From assembly GCF_008831285.2 (NCBI RefSeq), contig NC_045138.2, forward strand, positions 9,982,001 to 10,046,000: 64,000 bases of DNA, read 5' to 3'. Both the position numbers and the translations under genes were made by a program. Positions within the stretch are counted from its first letter, which is position 1. Each line of letters starts with the position of its first letter. The notes below the pieces were generated by a model. That model was given only the letters and a program-made list of their open reading frames with translations. It was not told the DNA's origin and searched no databases. The DNA comes from Nymphaea colorata (lineage: Eukaryota). Below, one piece after another: positions 1 to 12,900 of the stretch.

Positions 1-2255
1 TTGGGAAGAGACCCTTTTTGGAGGGCTTCGTGGGTCGACACCCATTTGAGGCGAAGACATGCCTCGATGATGGTATTTTCAGATTTGTATCGATTGTACA
101 ACGATGCGAATAGAGAACTTATCGTTTGACTGTGGTTGCAGGTACACCGAGCACGTCAAGTAGGCCTTGAGCAAGGTGGGTTGTAGTTCGAAGTGTTTTG
201 TGGACGTGCGATAGGTATGGTGACATTCCAAGCAAATCCCTACCTTGAGCCAATTTGTGAATGTGTGTTCCAGGATTGTTGGATCCTCAGATTGTGATGT
301 GATTGAATGAATGTATACATAAGATTGAATATATGTGATTAGTTTTGTTTTTTTGTTAAATGACTATGAAATTGCATGTGCATGCTAGAATTGATAACTG
401 CATAGGACAGATAAGGTGGGGTATCGAGTCGAGTGTCTCTTCGACCCCAAGCATGCATTAGAAAGCATCATAGAATGATAATTGTCTAGGACAACTACGA
501 GCTAATCACGAATCGAGACTACTCATAGTGGTTTGGCTAAGTTTTGAAAGATGCGACTGACGGGTATGATTATGAATGTTGTGATTTGTTGCACATGCAT
601 TGCCATGGACAATGATGCAATTAAATGAATTGAATGGTAGTTGTACCCGTATTGTTATGACGGCTAGCTAAGACCGTTAATGTTATGTGTAGCCCTCGTA
701 TGGAGGCAATTGGAGGTGTGGGTGCACTTGTGAAGTGAACCAACCTCATGAGCTAGCTAGTCATGTTGTGAATGATTTGTCATGTGACAAGTTTTGTTTT
801 GGAAAGCTATTAGAAACTCGCTTTGAAAATTGTTACGCATTTATATGTGCATGTTAGAATTGACAACTGTTTATGACAGATGAGGTGGGGTATCAAGTCG
901 AGTGTCTCCTCGACCCCGATTGTGCATTAGAGAGCATCATAGAATGATAATTTCATATGACAGCTACGAGCCATCACGGATCAAGTCTACTCTCCGGGAT
1001 TTGGCTAAATTTTGAAAGATGTGAATGATGTGTTTGATAAGATGTGAGTGCTTATGAATGTGAATACTATGAATTGTTGCATATGCATTGCCGCGGGCAA
1101 TGATGCAAGTGAATGAATTGGAGGGTAGTTGTACTCGTACTGTATGACGGCTAGCTAAGACTGTTAATGTTATGTGTAGCCCTCGTGTGGAAGCAATTGA
1201 AGGTGTGGGTGCACTCGTGAAGTGTACCACCCTCATGAGCTAGTCAGTCATTTTGTGAATGTACTATTATAATAATAATGAAAGAATAAGAAATGAGAGG
1301 CCAGTGGGATGTGGCTATGTGTTTAGGAGACGTCCCGCTTTCGCCACTGGTCTTGTCTGTTTGGAGTGCAGGCGGTGCAAGGCCCCAGGGTACTTTTGTA
1401 TGATGTGCTTGGAGCGTTGGGCTCCCGCCTTCCCAACCTAGGTGTCCTAGGGAAGACTGAGTATCTCTCCTTGGAATTCACACATCCATGGATGAGTATT
1501 CTACCGCTGCAGCAGATGAATGGATCCATACTGGTATGGGCCACCGCGGGGGTTGTCTCTCGGCTATGGGCCACCCACCCATGGTGTGCATGTACTTGTG
1601 TTTGCACCCATAGGAACTGTCAATTCACTGAAGTTATTGAAAATGAAAAGTATATGAATGAAATGTATATGATTGATGTGCATGTGAATGACATGTTTAT
1701 TTGTGCCTTACATGTGAATTGAAAACATGTTACTATGGCCCTTTAGTGGCCTTTACATGTCGTGGTATATGTTAGGGGCCTTCTTGGCAAATGATGTGAC
1801 TATGCCCTGACACGACATGATGATGATTTGTTTTATGATTGTATATTCTCATATTTGAGCCCTACCTAAGAGGGCTTGGGATTTTCCTAGCTTGGCTTGT
1901 AGTCATAGTGCGAAGGCTAAGCCTTCAGTTGTTTCTTTTTTCAGGTTTTGGCGGACCCGGGGCAGCAGATTGATCAGATGGCTTCACTCACATCCTACTG
2001 GGGAGGTTTTGGGTCGTTGGTAGTGCTGGTGCATCATGGTTTGGTCTCTTTGATGTCTTATTTTTGTTAGGCATCAAAGTTTTAGTTTGGGGCATTTCTG
2101 TCATACACATAGATGTGATTTTGTATGAATTGAAATTGTTATATAAATGAAAGTTTACCACATTGTTTCAAATGACATATCTCCCTTTTTTTTTTGAATT
2201 GTTGTGCAGTCGCACCTCAATGCTTTATGTTTAGAAAAAAATTTGGGGTGTGACA
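1..2255 (+). mobile_element. 3' part of a long Gypsy-type (Tekay/Del-like) LTR; solo LTR or 3' LTR
   Basis: Colinear with the solo LTR at 42277-45209 (e.g. 1259-1720 vs 44178-44660). Ends GGGGTGTGACA at 2255 with no PBS after it. Carries an internal duplication of about 470 bp. Lineage and strand are inferred from LTR size and termini. Confidence 0.8.
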
Positions 2256-4149
2256 TGCATTGCCTCAAAGTATGTTATTTTACCAACCTACTATTTTTGT
2301 TGTGCAGAAATTTGTGTTTCCTATGCTAAGTTTCTGGCCATGTCTAACCCGAATCCGAGCTAAGTTTGTAAAATCAACACCCAACCTAGTTTTTACCTCA
2401 TACAGAAAGTCTCCACACCACACCAAATGTCAACTAAAATCCATGTTGTTTAATATTATTTTTACCTTTTCAAAGTTGAGACTATTAAGCCAAGTTTTTT
2501 GTTTTATGGTTTTGCAGAAATTTAAGTTTTGACTTCTTGATTCAACACAAAATTTTTGTTTTAGGCATGATATGGAACCTAACACATATAGTCCACCTTT
2601 TTTTAGGTATCTAAAATGTTATTGTTAAGTTTCATGGTCTATTAGGTGCGTTTTGTCTTAATCATAGGTCATATTCCTTAAGTGGTGTATACTATTTGAC
2701 ATTTTTGTAACAAGTAGGTAGACCAATGCATGTTCTACCTTCTTGTTCGTGTTTTAGGATAATTCTTTGCACGATAGCACTAAAGTTGGCATTCTCAATG
2801 TGGATAGATAGGATTCATAATGTTTCATATCATTCTATGTCATCTGGTAGTCCGTTTAGCATCATCCCTTAACATGTTATGTTACGTTTCGTCTTGAATA
2901 GATTCCATAACATGTTTGGAAAATGGAGTCTTGTTTGTGCTACTAAGTATTTTCACATATATTTAGGGTTTCATAGCACTTGTCTAGCTTTTGTCATTGT
3001 CATGCTTGCAAACTAAGATTTTAGCATGCTATGTTACGTTCATTAGTGTAATAATATATTTCATCATGATAGTTCATAGTTCATACATTCATGTAGATTT
3101 TAAGATTCATTGAAGGAAACAAATCATGCATGTTAGAATGACTATTGGTGATGTTGTTGTGTCATTAAGCAATCCTAAAGTGCATACATTGCATTTTTTT
3201 CGTACTCCTTGATTCCTTTTCTATGTAATGCTCTACATTAGTTTTGCATTGCATTAGTTTGTTTTGTATGCTAATTATGCAAAATAGTTTGTCATGCATG
3301 CACACACTTGATTTTTTTTATCTCTTCATATGTTAGTCAACATGAACTTTGTCGTACACATTCACTTTTCTCTTATAAAACTATGTGAGCTCAGTACCAT
3401 CCAAGTTGTTAGATTAATTTTCCTATCTAGAAAAGGTCGAAGGCCTTGACATCTTCTAGGAAAAAATGTAAACTAGCATCATGTCTTTCAACTTGTTCTA
3501 AACAAGTCTTTCAACTGAGTTTTTCAAGTTTCTAAGTTGATTTCAAATCTTATCTTTCAAATTGATTGCTTAAATAATTTTCAAACTATATCTTTCAGTC
3601 ATATTGCAAATCATTTTTACACTAATATTTCAACATCGTTTTTCAAATCCAATGTTCATATCAAATTTCAATCATAATTCTCTCTTTCATTTATAAATAT
3701 AGTTCCATCTTTCAAACTAGTTTTATAAATTGCATGCATCATGTAGATGTAGATTGCATGTAATGACCCAATGATGACATGGGCATTTTAAGTATGTTAT
3801 GGCCAATGCCCTGAGGATCCCTTTAGCTTTTAAAATCAATTTCATTTTAACTTAGGTTCATATGCATATGTGTTATATGTTGTTTATTAGGATTGGACCG
3901 TAACATTTAGAATATCAAGCATTAGACATAGTTGTTTTAGACATTGGACTGATTCCCCCTGGTAAATGTGCTAAGAACGGTCAATCATCATATCAACAAA
4001 ATGGGTCCCGTCTCATTTCAATCGGAATGGAAGCGGGTCTATATTTTTTATCAAGATTGTGTGCATGTTTCTTTTCAAGAAATTTTACACGTAAACACTA
4101 ATGCAATGTTTGGATTGTGTGTGTGAGACATCAAATGGATGGATGACTG

Positions 4150-4155
4150 TATATA

Positions 4156-4213
<58 letters not shown>
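4150..4213. repeat. (TA)n microsatellite
   Basis: Direct reading; one interruption. Confidence 0.95.
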
Positions 4214-4217
<4 letters not shown>

Positions 4218-5940
4218 CTAGAAAATAGGCAACGATTGGAAATGAAGCAAACCTTCTACAGTTAGTTAAATACATTGAGAAGTCAATTATTAAGTTATTG
4301 GGAATTATCCTTTAAAAATAAGCATAAAAAAGTATGTTTAATTTTTTAAATACACCTAATCTTTTCTTGCATGGCTTTTTTGCATTAATAAAAAAAAATC
4401 ACCTAAGTAATTTTAGTCTTTATAAAAAATTATAACCAACTTGGATATAGTTAATAAGAACTATTAATATTAATTGATATAGTTTAAGAAGATAATGTAA
4501 GCCAATTATTAATATGAATTTGTTTGTATCAACTATATTCCAGTAAATTTTATTGGTTTCACTTAATTTAATGGCAACTTAGGGTTCGGTTAGTGAAAAG
4601 TATTCTTTAATAGCATAGAAAAACATACTTGCAAACTAATTTATAAAGCCATGCCAATTTCTCTCTTATGTCCACACACATGGATGTTCAATGCTTGAAA
4701 AGTGAAAAATAAAATGAAATTATAATAATTTAATGGCTAGGTTGAATTTTACATATTCTTAAGTATCATAATCTATTTAGTTTGTGTTCCTTCTAAATAG
4801 AAATTGAATTATAAATTATATGTAATTTGGATTGAGTTTGACCCAATCAAATGCAAATTATTTATTAAAGATGAATTTGCAAATTTCAGATTAGGTCCGA
4901 TGGAAGTCTGACCAAAAGCTACCCACTTAACGGATATGTGATCCAAATAGGGCAATGGCTGGATCAGAAGGTCCAATAACTACATTCAGAGGGTGTTTGA
5001 ATTTTTGTCCTAAATCTTGTTCCTGGTGTCCCGGGAACGGAAAAAACAAGTGTGACTTACTCGTGCGGATGTGTCCCACGTGTACTGTGTTTGCAGATGT
5101 TCGGATGGTGAATCAGACGTCCTCTTGAAAGTCGTCCGTTCTCAAAAATGGGCGTTCACACCCTGCCCGGGCCTAGCGCAACGTCGTCTACACGTGGGCC
5201 CCACCTTTCGATGAACGCCCGGTTCCGTGGAAATTGGAATCTGCCGTCCTGTCAATGTCTGGATCCGCCGAGGATTTGATACAATGTCCACTCCTAAAAC
5301 CGCCCAGTAAAAGTATCTAGTATTTGAAAGAGTTCAGTACCGATGAATCTGGTGAAACCCAACTTGGATCCGGGATTTACATATGAATATTCTTGAGATC
5401 TTTGTTATTTTACATCTTTGAATAAATTTTTTATAAAAATATGTCTGGATTTTGATGGAACAAAAAAACACACTCAAATTTTATTTCTTTTTTTAGCTGC
5501 ATATATTACATAGAAAATAGATGTTAAATACCCAAAAAAAACCTGAAGTCTAATCATGCTCTGCATACACCATTAAGGAAACGGCATTTTTATGTAAAAA
5601 AAGTTCTTTGAAAGATTAAAATTGGCCTGAATAAGCAAATTGGAATCGATCAATTATTCATCAAATTCATTTAAGCTGCCAAGTATGACTGGACGGAATT
5701 TGATATGGTCAGTTTTCTGACTTTCAATCCGAAACCTTTAAGTCCAAAGAAAGAGGTGGGTACTAGTAGGTCAAATTTGGCGCTGAAGCTGGCGTGATTG
5801 TGTCCAATAGGATATGGCAGTAGAACGATAAAAACTAATTATGGAGCTAATATCAATTTAGTACGATGCATTTCTATTGATGGTTCATGTTGTGGGGACA
5901 AAAGTTTTTAGTCATAGTATTGTATTATGAGGGCGAATTG

Positions 5941-5941
<1 letters not shown>

Positions 5942-5978
<37 letters not shown>
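5942..5978. repeat. (TA)n microsatellite
   Basis: Direct reading. Confidence 0.95.
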
Positions 5979-5980
<2 letters not shown>

Positions 5981-6176
5981 AATGGTGATTTTCCGTATCT
6001 AAAATTACCAACTCATTCATGAGGATCCATCTATCATGAATGACAGATGAAAAAAGAAATTCATATATTAAAGGTTGTCTTTTTTTTCTCTCTCTCAATT
6101 ATACATCATTATAAATCAAATGAGCTAGGTATCTCTGAATAACCATAGTCGTCATTTATTATTCCTGTATAGAAAC

Positions 6177-6390
6177 TAGTAGATGTTAGACACTTAGATA
6201 TTAGATGGATGAGGAACAACCTCAGTTGTTGATCTTTTTCCAAATTAACCGTTGGGATAAAAACAAAGAAAAAAGTGTGAACTAAAATACTATATGATAA
6301 AAATGTCTCAGATGTCCTTATTTTCTTTCAATTGTTAATCTGAAAAATATGAACAGTTGAGATTGCTCTGGTCCATCTAGCATCTACCAA
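6177..6390. mobile_element. Possible degenerate MITE-like fold-back element
   Basis: Left TAGATATTAGATGGATGAGGAACAACCTCAGTTGTTGAT is an imperfect inverted copy of right ATGAACAGTTGAGATTGCTCTGGTCCATCTAGCATCTA; lies between two TA microsatellites; no TSD found. Confidence 0.35.
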
Positions 6391-7606
6391 TATGTGTGTG
6401 TATATATATATATATATAAATTGGTAGTATAATTTCTGGATTTCTCCGTTTAGGTCTAGATGGAGAAATTCTATGGTCTCTCACAACACACTTGTTGACA
6501 TATGATGGTGTATTTAATCATTACCCCCATGTAGAGAGAGAAAATAAGGATGAAGAGGACAATAAGTAACCCCATCCCAAAACTACTGAATAACACCTTT
6601 CAATCATTAAGCGAGTGCTGTCCACACAAGTGGAACAAGAAGAGATGTGCCTGATACACTGCCTGACCACTTGTATTACACCCCTTTTAGCTAGAGAGAA
6701 TGAACGTGTGTGTAGGAGGTAATGGGTTATTATTGTAAGGAATACTTTGTCTCTACGGCTTGTTTGGTGACAGCTCTGTTAACTGGCTCAAACACGAACA
6801 AGAAAGATTACTCATCCACTTAGTCCTGCACGTCAAAATGAGGGGAAAACAGGTCGGACTTTCTCACCCTGTTAATGGAGACATCCCTTTGGCCTTATTT
6901 ACAAGAGTGACCCTTTTCTTTTCTCCTTTGAACGTATGCAGCTAGACTTCTGAAATTGAAAGTAGCTCTGCAGTGGTTCCACGTGCCCCGTAGTTTTTTC
7001 TTTCTTTCTTTCTTTTTCTTGCATTTTCTAAACATTGTAAAGTATTTAAATAAAGTATTTCTGTGTAAATGTATCAGGACTGAACTGAATATGTGGTGGC
7101 AAAATGTGCCCTTAAATTTTCAATCAAGTTTATCGGTTGATCAAACCAAATTATGCAATTTATAAATTTATGAACATGATGTTTAATATGTAGAATATAC
7201 AAAATGACTGGGATGACACCCCCCAAAAAAGTTGTTTTGTGAAAATTAGTTTTGTAAAAAATGGTTTTTAAGCATTTTCTAAAAAACTGATTTGTATGTC
7301 TAAGTGGCACAAAACATAATCTTTTTTGAAATGATATAGGGGGAAGAGAGGTTCAAGGGACGAGGCAGAAATTAATTTTGCTTAAAAAATGTGAGGGGAG
7401 CAGACTTTTCAGGTCCTTATAAAAGCCAGGCTTTGTCAAAAATGAACAAGCCTGAAATGAGTTTTGAAGGCGAAACTGATCTCGAGCTGTCATCCAAATG
7501 CCTTCTCAATCTCTTTGTAGAAATCAGGCTTTATTAAAGGTTAGTTTTTCTCAAACCCAGTTTTAATGTCTATCAAATACTCTAAAAACACCTATATTTG
7601 CCTCCA

Positions 7607-7696
7607 AAACAGTGTTTTATGAGTGCCATTCGAACAGCACTTAAGTAATTTAAACAGTGTTTTATGAGTGTCATTCGAACAGCACTTAAGTAATGT
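7607..7696. repeat. 45-bp tandem duplication upstream of the BIG gene
   Basis: AAACAGTGTTTTATGAGTG(C/T)CATTCGAACAGCACTTAAGTAAT at 7607 and 7652. Confidence 0.9.
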
Positions 7697-8887
7697 AATT
7701 TAAATGACTTAAGAGTGTTGCAAGTGTAAATTCATGTTTTTAAAAAACGAGTAATTATTATATTTTGATTTTAAATAAAGAATTTGATAAGTGGTGCCTG
7801 TCAAACATTTCAAGTAAATTTCTATTAATACACGTGTGTACATGCACGCGTGCATACACACACACATATATATATTATATAGTAGAGTGAAGGGCATCAC
7901 TTTATCCATTTTTTTGTAATTATATAAATTTTAAGAAAAGAACTAATAACCTATAAGAGTTCTCGAGATAATAATATTCAAAAGAAGTAAAATCGATTTT
8001 GCATTGGTTTAAAAATAAATGGTTTAAGTTTCTTGATGTAAACGACTATTTGTTCACATTGGAAACGAATATCTTTGTATATCTTCAAATAAAAAGTTTA
8101 CGAGTAAGCTTGGAAATGTAGCAATATAATAAAAACATACCTACACCTAAAAAAATTCTACATTGCCAAAGAAAAGTGGTGCAAGTCAGAGTACCCAAGG
8201 GAAATTTGAGCTTATAAGCAAAAAGAAGTACATTGGAAATGCCAATTTTTTAAGGCCACAATCGGTCATTTCGTATGAATTTAACAATGGACCTAGCAAA
8301 AATAAATAAATTTAAGTGCATTTTTCATAATTTAGAAAAGTTCATATGCCCCGTTTTGAAAAAGTTTTCCTTTCTTTTTGTCCATGAAATAAGGAAAAAG
8401 TATTAGATATTGCCTGAGTATGTTTATTCTATGTTACGGTACAATACAATCCGATACGTTACAAGGTTCTGCATGTTTTTATTATTGAAAATCAATTAAA
8501 ACTATTTTAACTTAAATTTTAAATTTGAGTAATATACATACGTTTATATATTCAATTTAGTTTTATATAACAAGGGCGTAGCAGTCGCATTAACGGACAA
8601 ACTAAAAAGTGGAGAAATTAAGAAAAAACTCAGAGGGTGACACAGGCGAAGAAGGGTACCCGTCTGTGTGTCCAACTGACGTAGAAGACCCGCAGAGCCT
8701 CTTCCCGGCCACCACCACCACGGCCCATTTCTCCGCACTGGAGTTCTCTCTTCCTCCCTCTCCGCATCTTTGTTTACAAAGGACCAGAACGACCGGAGCA
8801 ACAGAATTCTCCAATTTCCGTTTGTATGACGTCCCCCAGATCTCCCGTTGCTTCCTGAGATCTCCCCTTCTCTCTCCCTCTCTTCTC

Positions 8888-8891
<4 letters not shown>

Positions 8892-8927
<36 letters not shown>
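8892..8927 (+). repeat. (AG)18 microsatellite / GAGA element ending 2 nt before the BIG start codon
   Basis: Direct reading; GA tracts in plant 5' UTRs are known BBR/BPC binding sites. Confidence 0.9.
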
Positions 8928-8928
<1 letters not shown>

Positions 8929-8929
8929 A

Positions 8930-9906
8930 ATGGCGTCGTCGGGTTTGTCTCAGGGGCTTGGCGGCCCTTCGAAAGCGGGGAGGGTGCTTGGGCCGTCGCT
9001 GGACAAGATCATCAAGAACGTGGCCTGGAGGAAGCAATCACAGCTGGTGCAGGCCTGCAAGTCATCTCTCGACCGCCTCCAGAACCTTTCTACCTCGCCC
9101 GAGTTCGCAGGCTCCTCCGTTCCGGGTTTCCCCCCTGCCGATGCCGACCAGTTCCTCGCCTCCCTTACCCTCGCCCTCGACTCCGCAGCTCCTAAGGTCA
9201 TTGAGCCCGCCCTCGAATGCGTCCAGCGACTCGCCCTCCTTGGTCTCGTCCGCTGCGACGCCGAACAGATCGACGACGATCCAGCCTCCTCTCCTCCCCC
9301 CGCCCTCCTTATCAATTCCGTCTGCAAGTGCACCGCCGTTGCCGACAACGCCGTCGAGCTCGCCGTCCTCCGAACCCTCCTCGCATCCGTCAGATCGAGC
9401 TCGCTGGGCTTCCATGGCGACGCGTTGATCCACATCGTCAAGACATTCTACAATGTCTACCTCGGCAGCACCAGCGTCGAGAATCGGATCTGCGCCAAGG
9501 CGGCCTTGGCGCAGACAGTCGCCATCGTGTTCGCACGAGCTGAGGCTGACCGCGTGGAGGCGAGCGCCGATCCGGTGTCCGTGCCGGCGTTGCTGGAGCT
9601 CTCGGACAAGAATCTTAACGAATCGGGGCTAGTTCAGTCGGTTCAGGTCTTTCTCATTGAGGTCCTGGAGGGATGGGAGGGCGATCGCGGCGGTAATTCG
9701 ACGGCGAAGGAGGAAACTGGGGAAGGGGAAAGCAGGATCAGGGAGGATGCCCTTTATCTGTTCAAGAACCTCTGTAAGTTTTCGATGAAATTCTCCACCC
9801 AGGAGAGCCCAGAAGACGAGCTCCTCCTCAGGGGCAAATTGTTGTCTCTTGAGCTGATGAAGGTCGTGGTCGAGAATGCCGGACCGGTCCTGCGGGTAAA
9901 TGAAAG
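8930..9906 (+). CDS. BIG1: BIG ARF-GEF exon 1 (DCB region)
   Basis: ORF 8930..9982; donor GAAAG|gttagt. Confidence 0.92.
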
Positions 9907-12900
9907 GTTAGTCATCTGCTTCAATTGTTTCCAGAATTTTATCTCGGAAGCATTCATCCTTGTATCGATTTCTGCATGGTAGTTTGTTTTCCTACTAGTA
10001 GACTCTCTTGCCGAAATTCATGATTAGTTTTATTTGTGTGAGATGTGAGTTGGGATCCCCCGGGACGCCTACGGAGTTCCCGTAATACAGGTCCCCGCTT
10101 TTAAGGATGGAACTCGACGTCCTGCGCCCAAGGAATAGCACTTCTTCAGAGACGACCTCACCTCACCAATTTCATAGGGTTCAAAAATATTAAAATTAAG
10201 TTATCTCTATACAGATAATGGACATTTTTAGTATGAAAGGGGGAATTGTGGTGTTCCCAGCATGCTGAGTTGACTCAGACAACCATCCATGTAAGAGCCA
10301 ATGTAAGGTCTTCCTGGTTTGTAGTTTTAGGCACCACAGTTCATCCTCAAATGAATAGGTTGACTTGAAACATGTAAGATTATTTCTTCAGAAACAGTAA
10401 TAATTGAGAATCCTGAGAAGAGGACCAAATATTTTCCCATTGTTTGAAAAGGAAAGCCTTCTTAAGTTCTACAGAGAGGAAATCAACAAGTTGAGGCACG
10501 CGGAATGATAGAAGACTTGTCCCTCCCAAGGCCAGGGTTCAGTTTTATATAACAATGAACATCCTATAATGAAGATATACAGTTTTACCTATAACCAGCC
10601 CCATTTTGGTATTGAATTTTCAAGTTCTTTTTCTTCTCTGGGATTTGCTGATACTATGGTGGAGAGGATTACTAGTGGAAAAGAAATGAAAAAGAAGGGG
10701 TGAGAGGAGGAGAACGTGAGAGGTGAGAGAAAAAGAAGCTCTCCTTTTCTCTCTATATTTGGATATATATATCCATGCTAATAACTCATAGATGGTAAAT
10801 CTATGTTGTACAAGTTGTATGACTAAATATTAGAAAGGTTTGAATATGACTACATATAAGAAAGGGTTTCATGAAAGACAAATATTTGAGGAACTCTGAT
10901 GCTTCCAGTGGACCTTCTAGAAAAAGGAAGAGACTTCTTATAAATCGGTTTAAAAATGTTTTTCTGCTCTAGTATGGGTTTAGATATGACTACATGTATT
11001 GAAATCATTGGGGGAACTAAGTTAACGATTATCATCATTTGTAAAAGAAATCAATTTATCATTCCCACAAACTTCATCAACAAAGCAAAATAATTCAAAT
11101 AAGAATGTATATTCATCACTAACCTTGAACTTACTTGATACAAAACCACTTTCATTTTCAACAAAGATACATTTCTTGAAATGTACAATTTGTCATTTTT
11201 TGACATCATATCAATCATGCCTCTTTTGGTTTTTAATATCTTATTAAAGCATATTATATAGCCTTGGATGATTTTTATCCACTGGAGAAAAGGACTTATA
11301 TCATAATATTATTGTCTGGTTCAACATTAAATAGTTTTTGAGAAGGGGAAACTCCATTGAAGGTTTTGGATGACATTCTATTAATTTCATACACTGATAT
11401 GTCAGGGTATTTCAGCCCAATTATTAATTTTTTTTTGGAAACTCTTGTAAGTACTGTTATAGTGGTGTTTGTAACATGTTTATTCTTTCTTTTGGCAAGT
11501 CTTTTTCTTCTGGTGCTGTTGGACAAATTTTGGTAATGAATTTCATTGTCTTTTAAATATTTTTTGAGTTTCTTAGATAGAGATTTTCCTCCTAAGGCAT
11601 TCCCAGAGTTTCTATATTGGTCTCAACTTGATTTTTAACCACGTGAGATATTTTAAAGTTAGAGAACACTTTTGATTTAAGTTTGAGAAAGTAAATCCAG
11701 GAGTATCTAGTAAAGTTACTCAAATATCACATAATACAAGATTTCTTTAGAAACTACAAGGAGCGGGACTCCAAATATTGGAATTACAAGTTCAAACTGT
11801 CTTTTAGCACAAAAAGTTCTATTGGAGAAAGATAACATTTTCATTTTTCCCATGAAAGTAAAATTATCTTTGCAACTTCTTCCAAGAAAGGAATGACAAT
11901 CTCCAAATGCTAGAATGCCCTACTATTTGGTGCCAAAGTTCCAATAAGTTCTTATGATCACATTAAATGAAGATTTTGGAAGGCCCAAGAGGTTCATATA
12001 GTAAAGTTCTCTTCTTCTAGAGCCTTTAGAAATAAAATAATCATATATAGCGTTTACTCTTTGGTGAGGAAGAAATATTCCGTCCATGTCAGGCAGTTCG
12101 AGCAATAGATAAGATATTAAGGTTTAATCTTTGGGAACACTATGACCTAACATTAGAAATTGTAAAGTTTTTGAATTTTCGAAGACTTATGTCACATGGG
12201 TACGGGTACGGGTGCTGGTACAGGTACCGGTACGGGTACGGGTACAGACCATTTTCAAAAAACTTGGGTACGGGGGTACGGCCGTACACACACGGATATA
12301 TATATATATATCAAAAAATTTCAAACAGAATAACATATTCACATTTCACACATATATATCAAAAAAATGCAAACAGAATAACACACAAACATAAATCATG
12401 GTCCAAAACACATAAATCATAGTCGAAAACACATAAATCATGGTCCAAAACACATAAATCATGGTCGAAAACAAACATCGGCATGAGTGCAGCACTCATT
12501 CGATGCCCTGCCGGCAAATGCAATCCAGAATCGACATTCAACAATACCCTGCCGGCAAATGCAATCCACATTCAACAATATTCTACGACAATGAAGAATG
12601 AAAAGGCCTCATATTCTAAGACAGTGAAGATTGAAGAATGAAAAGGAGGCATCTATTATATTTGAAAGGGATTTGAAACCCTCTCGGATTGGTGGTTGGT
12701 CATCAAAGATTTAGGGACGTCGAGGCCTACGATTCAACATCTTGGTTTGTATTCATAGATTTGAAACAGAGAGAGAGAGATTTGAAACCGTAGAGAAAGG
12801 GCGAGCTAGAGGGAGGGGTGATGGGTTTTCACTTTCATGCGAACAGCACACAAAACCCGTCGCCGGTCGTTGCCGGCGGCGAAGGCAGGGGCCGATTAAA

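Noticed and set aside
964..1722. ORFs of 60-118 aa, with similar ORFs at 44178-44469
   Set aside because: They lie inside two copies of the same LTR, have different stops and show no recognisable domain.
2256..4130. AT-rich, TTTCAA-rich stretch ending ...GTGAGACA, possibly an older LTR
   Set aside because: No second copy, PBS, TSD or coding motif in the window.
4985..5400. GC-rich patch with GTGGGCCCCAC and CACGTG motifs
   Set aside because: Could be an enhancer or a MITE, but short motifs alone are not enough evidence.
8544..9543. Overlapping antisense and alternative-frame ORFs around BIG exon 1
   Set aside because: Expected by-product of GC-rich coding sequence and the GA repeat.
12386..12475. 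Short direct-repeat arrays here and at 62870-63028 as CRISPR-like
   Set aside because: Head-to-tail repeats without unique spacers, inside transposons in plant DNA; no cas genes.
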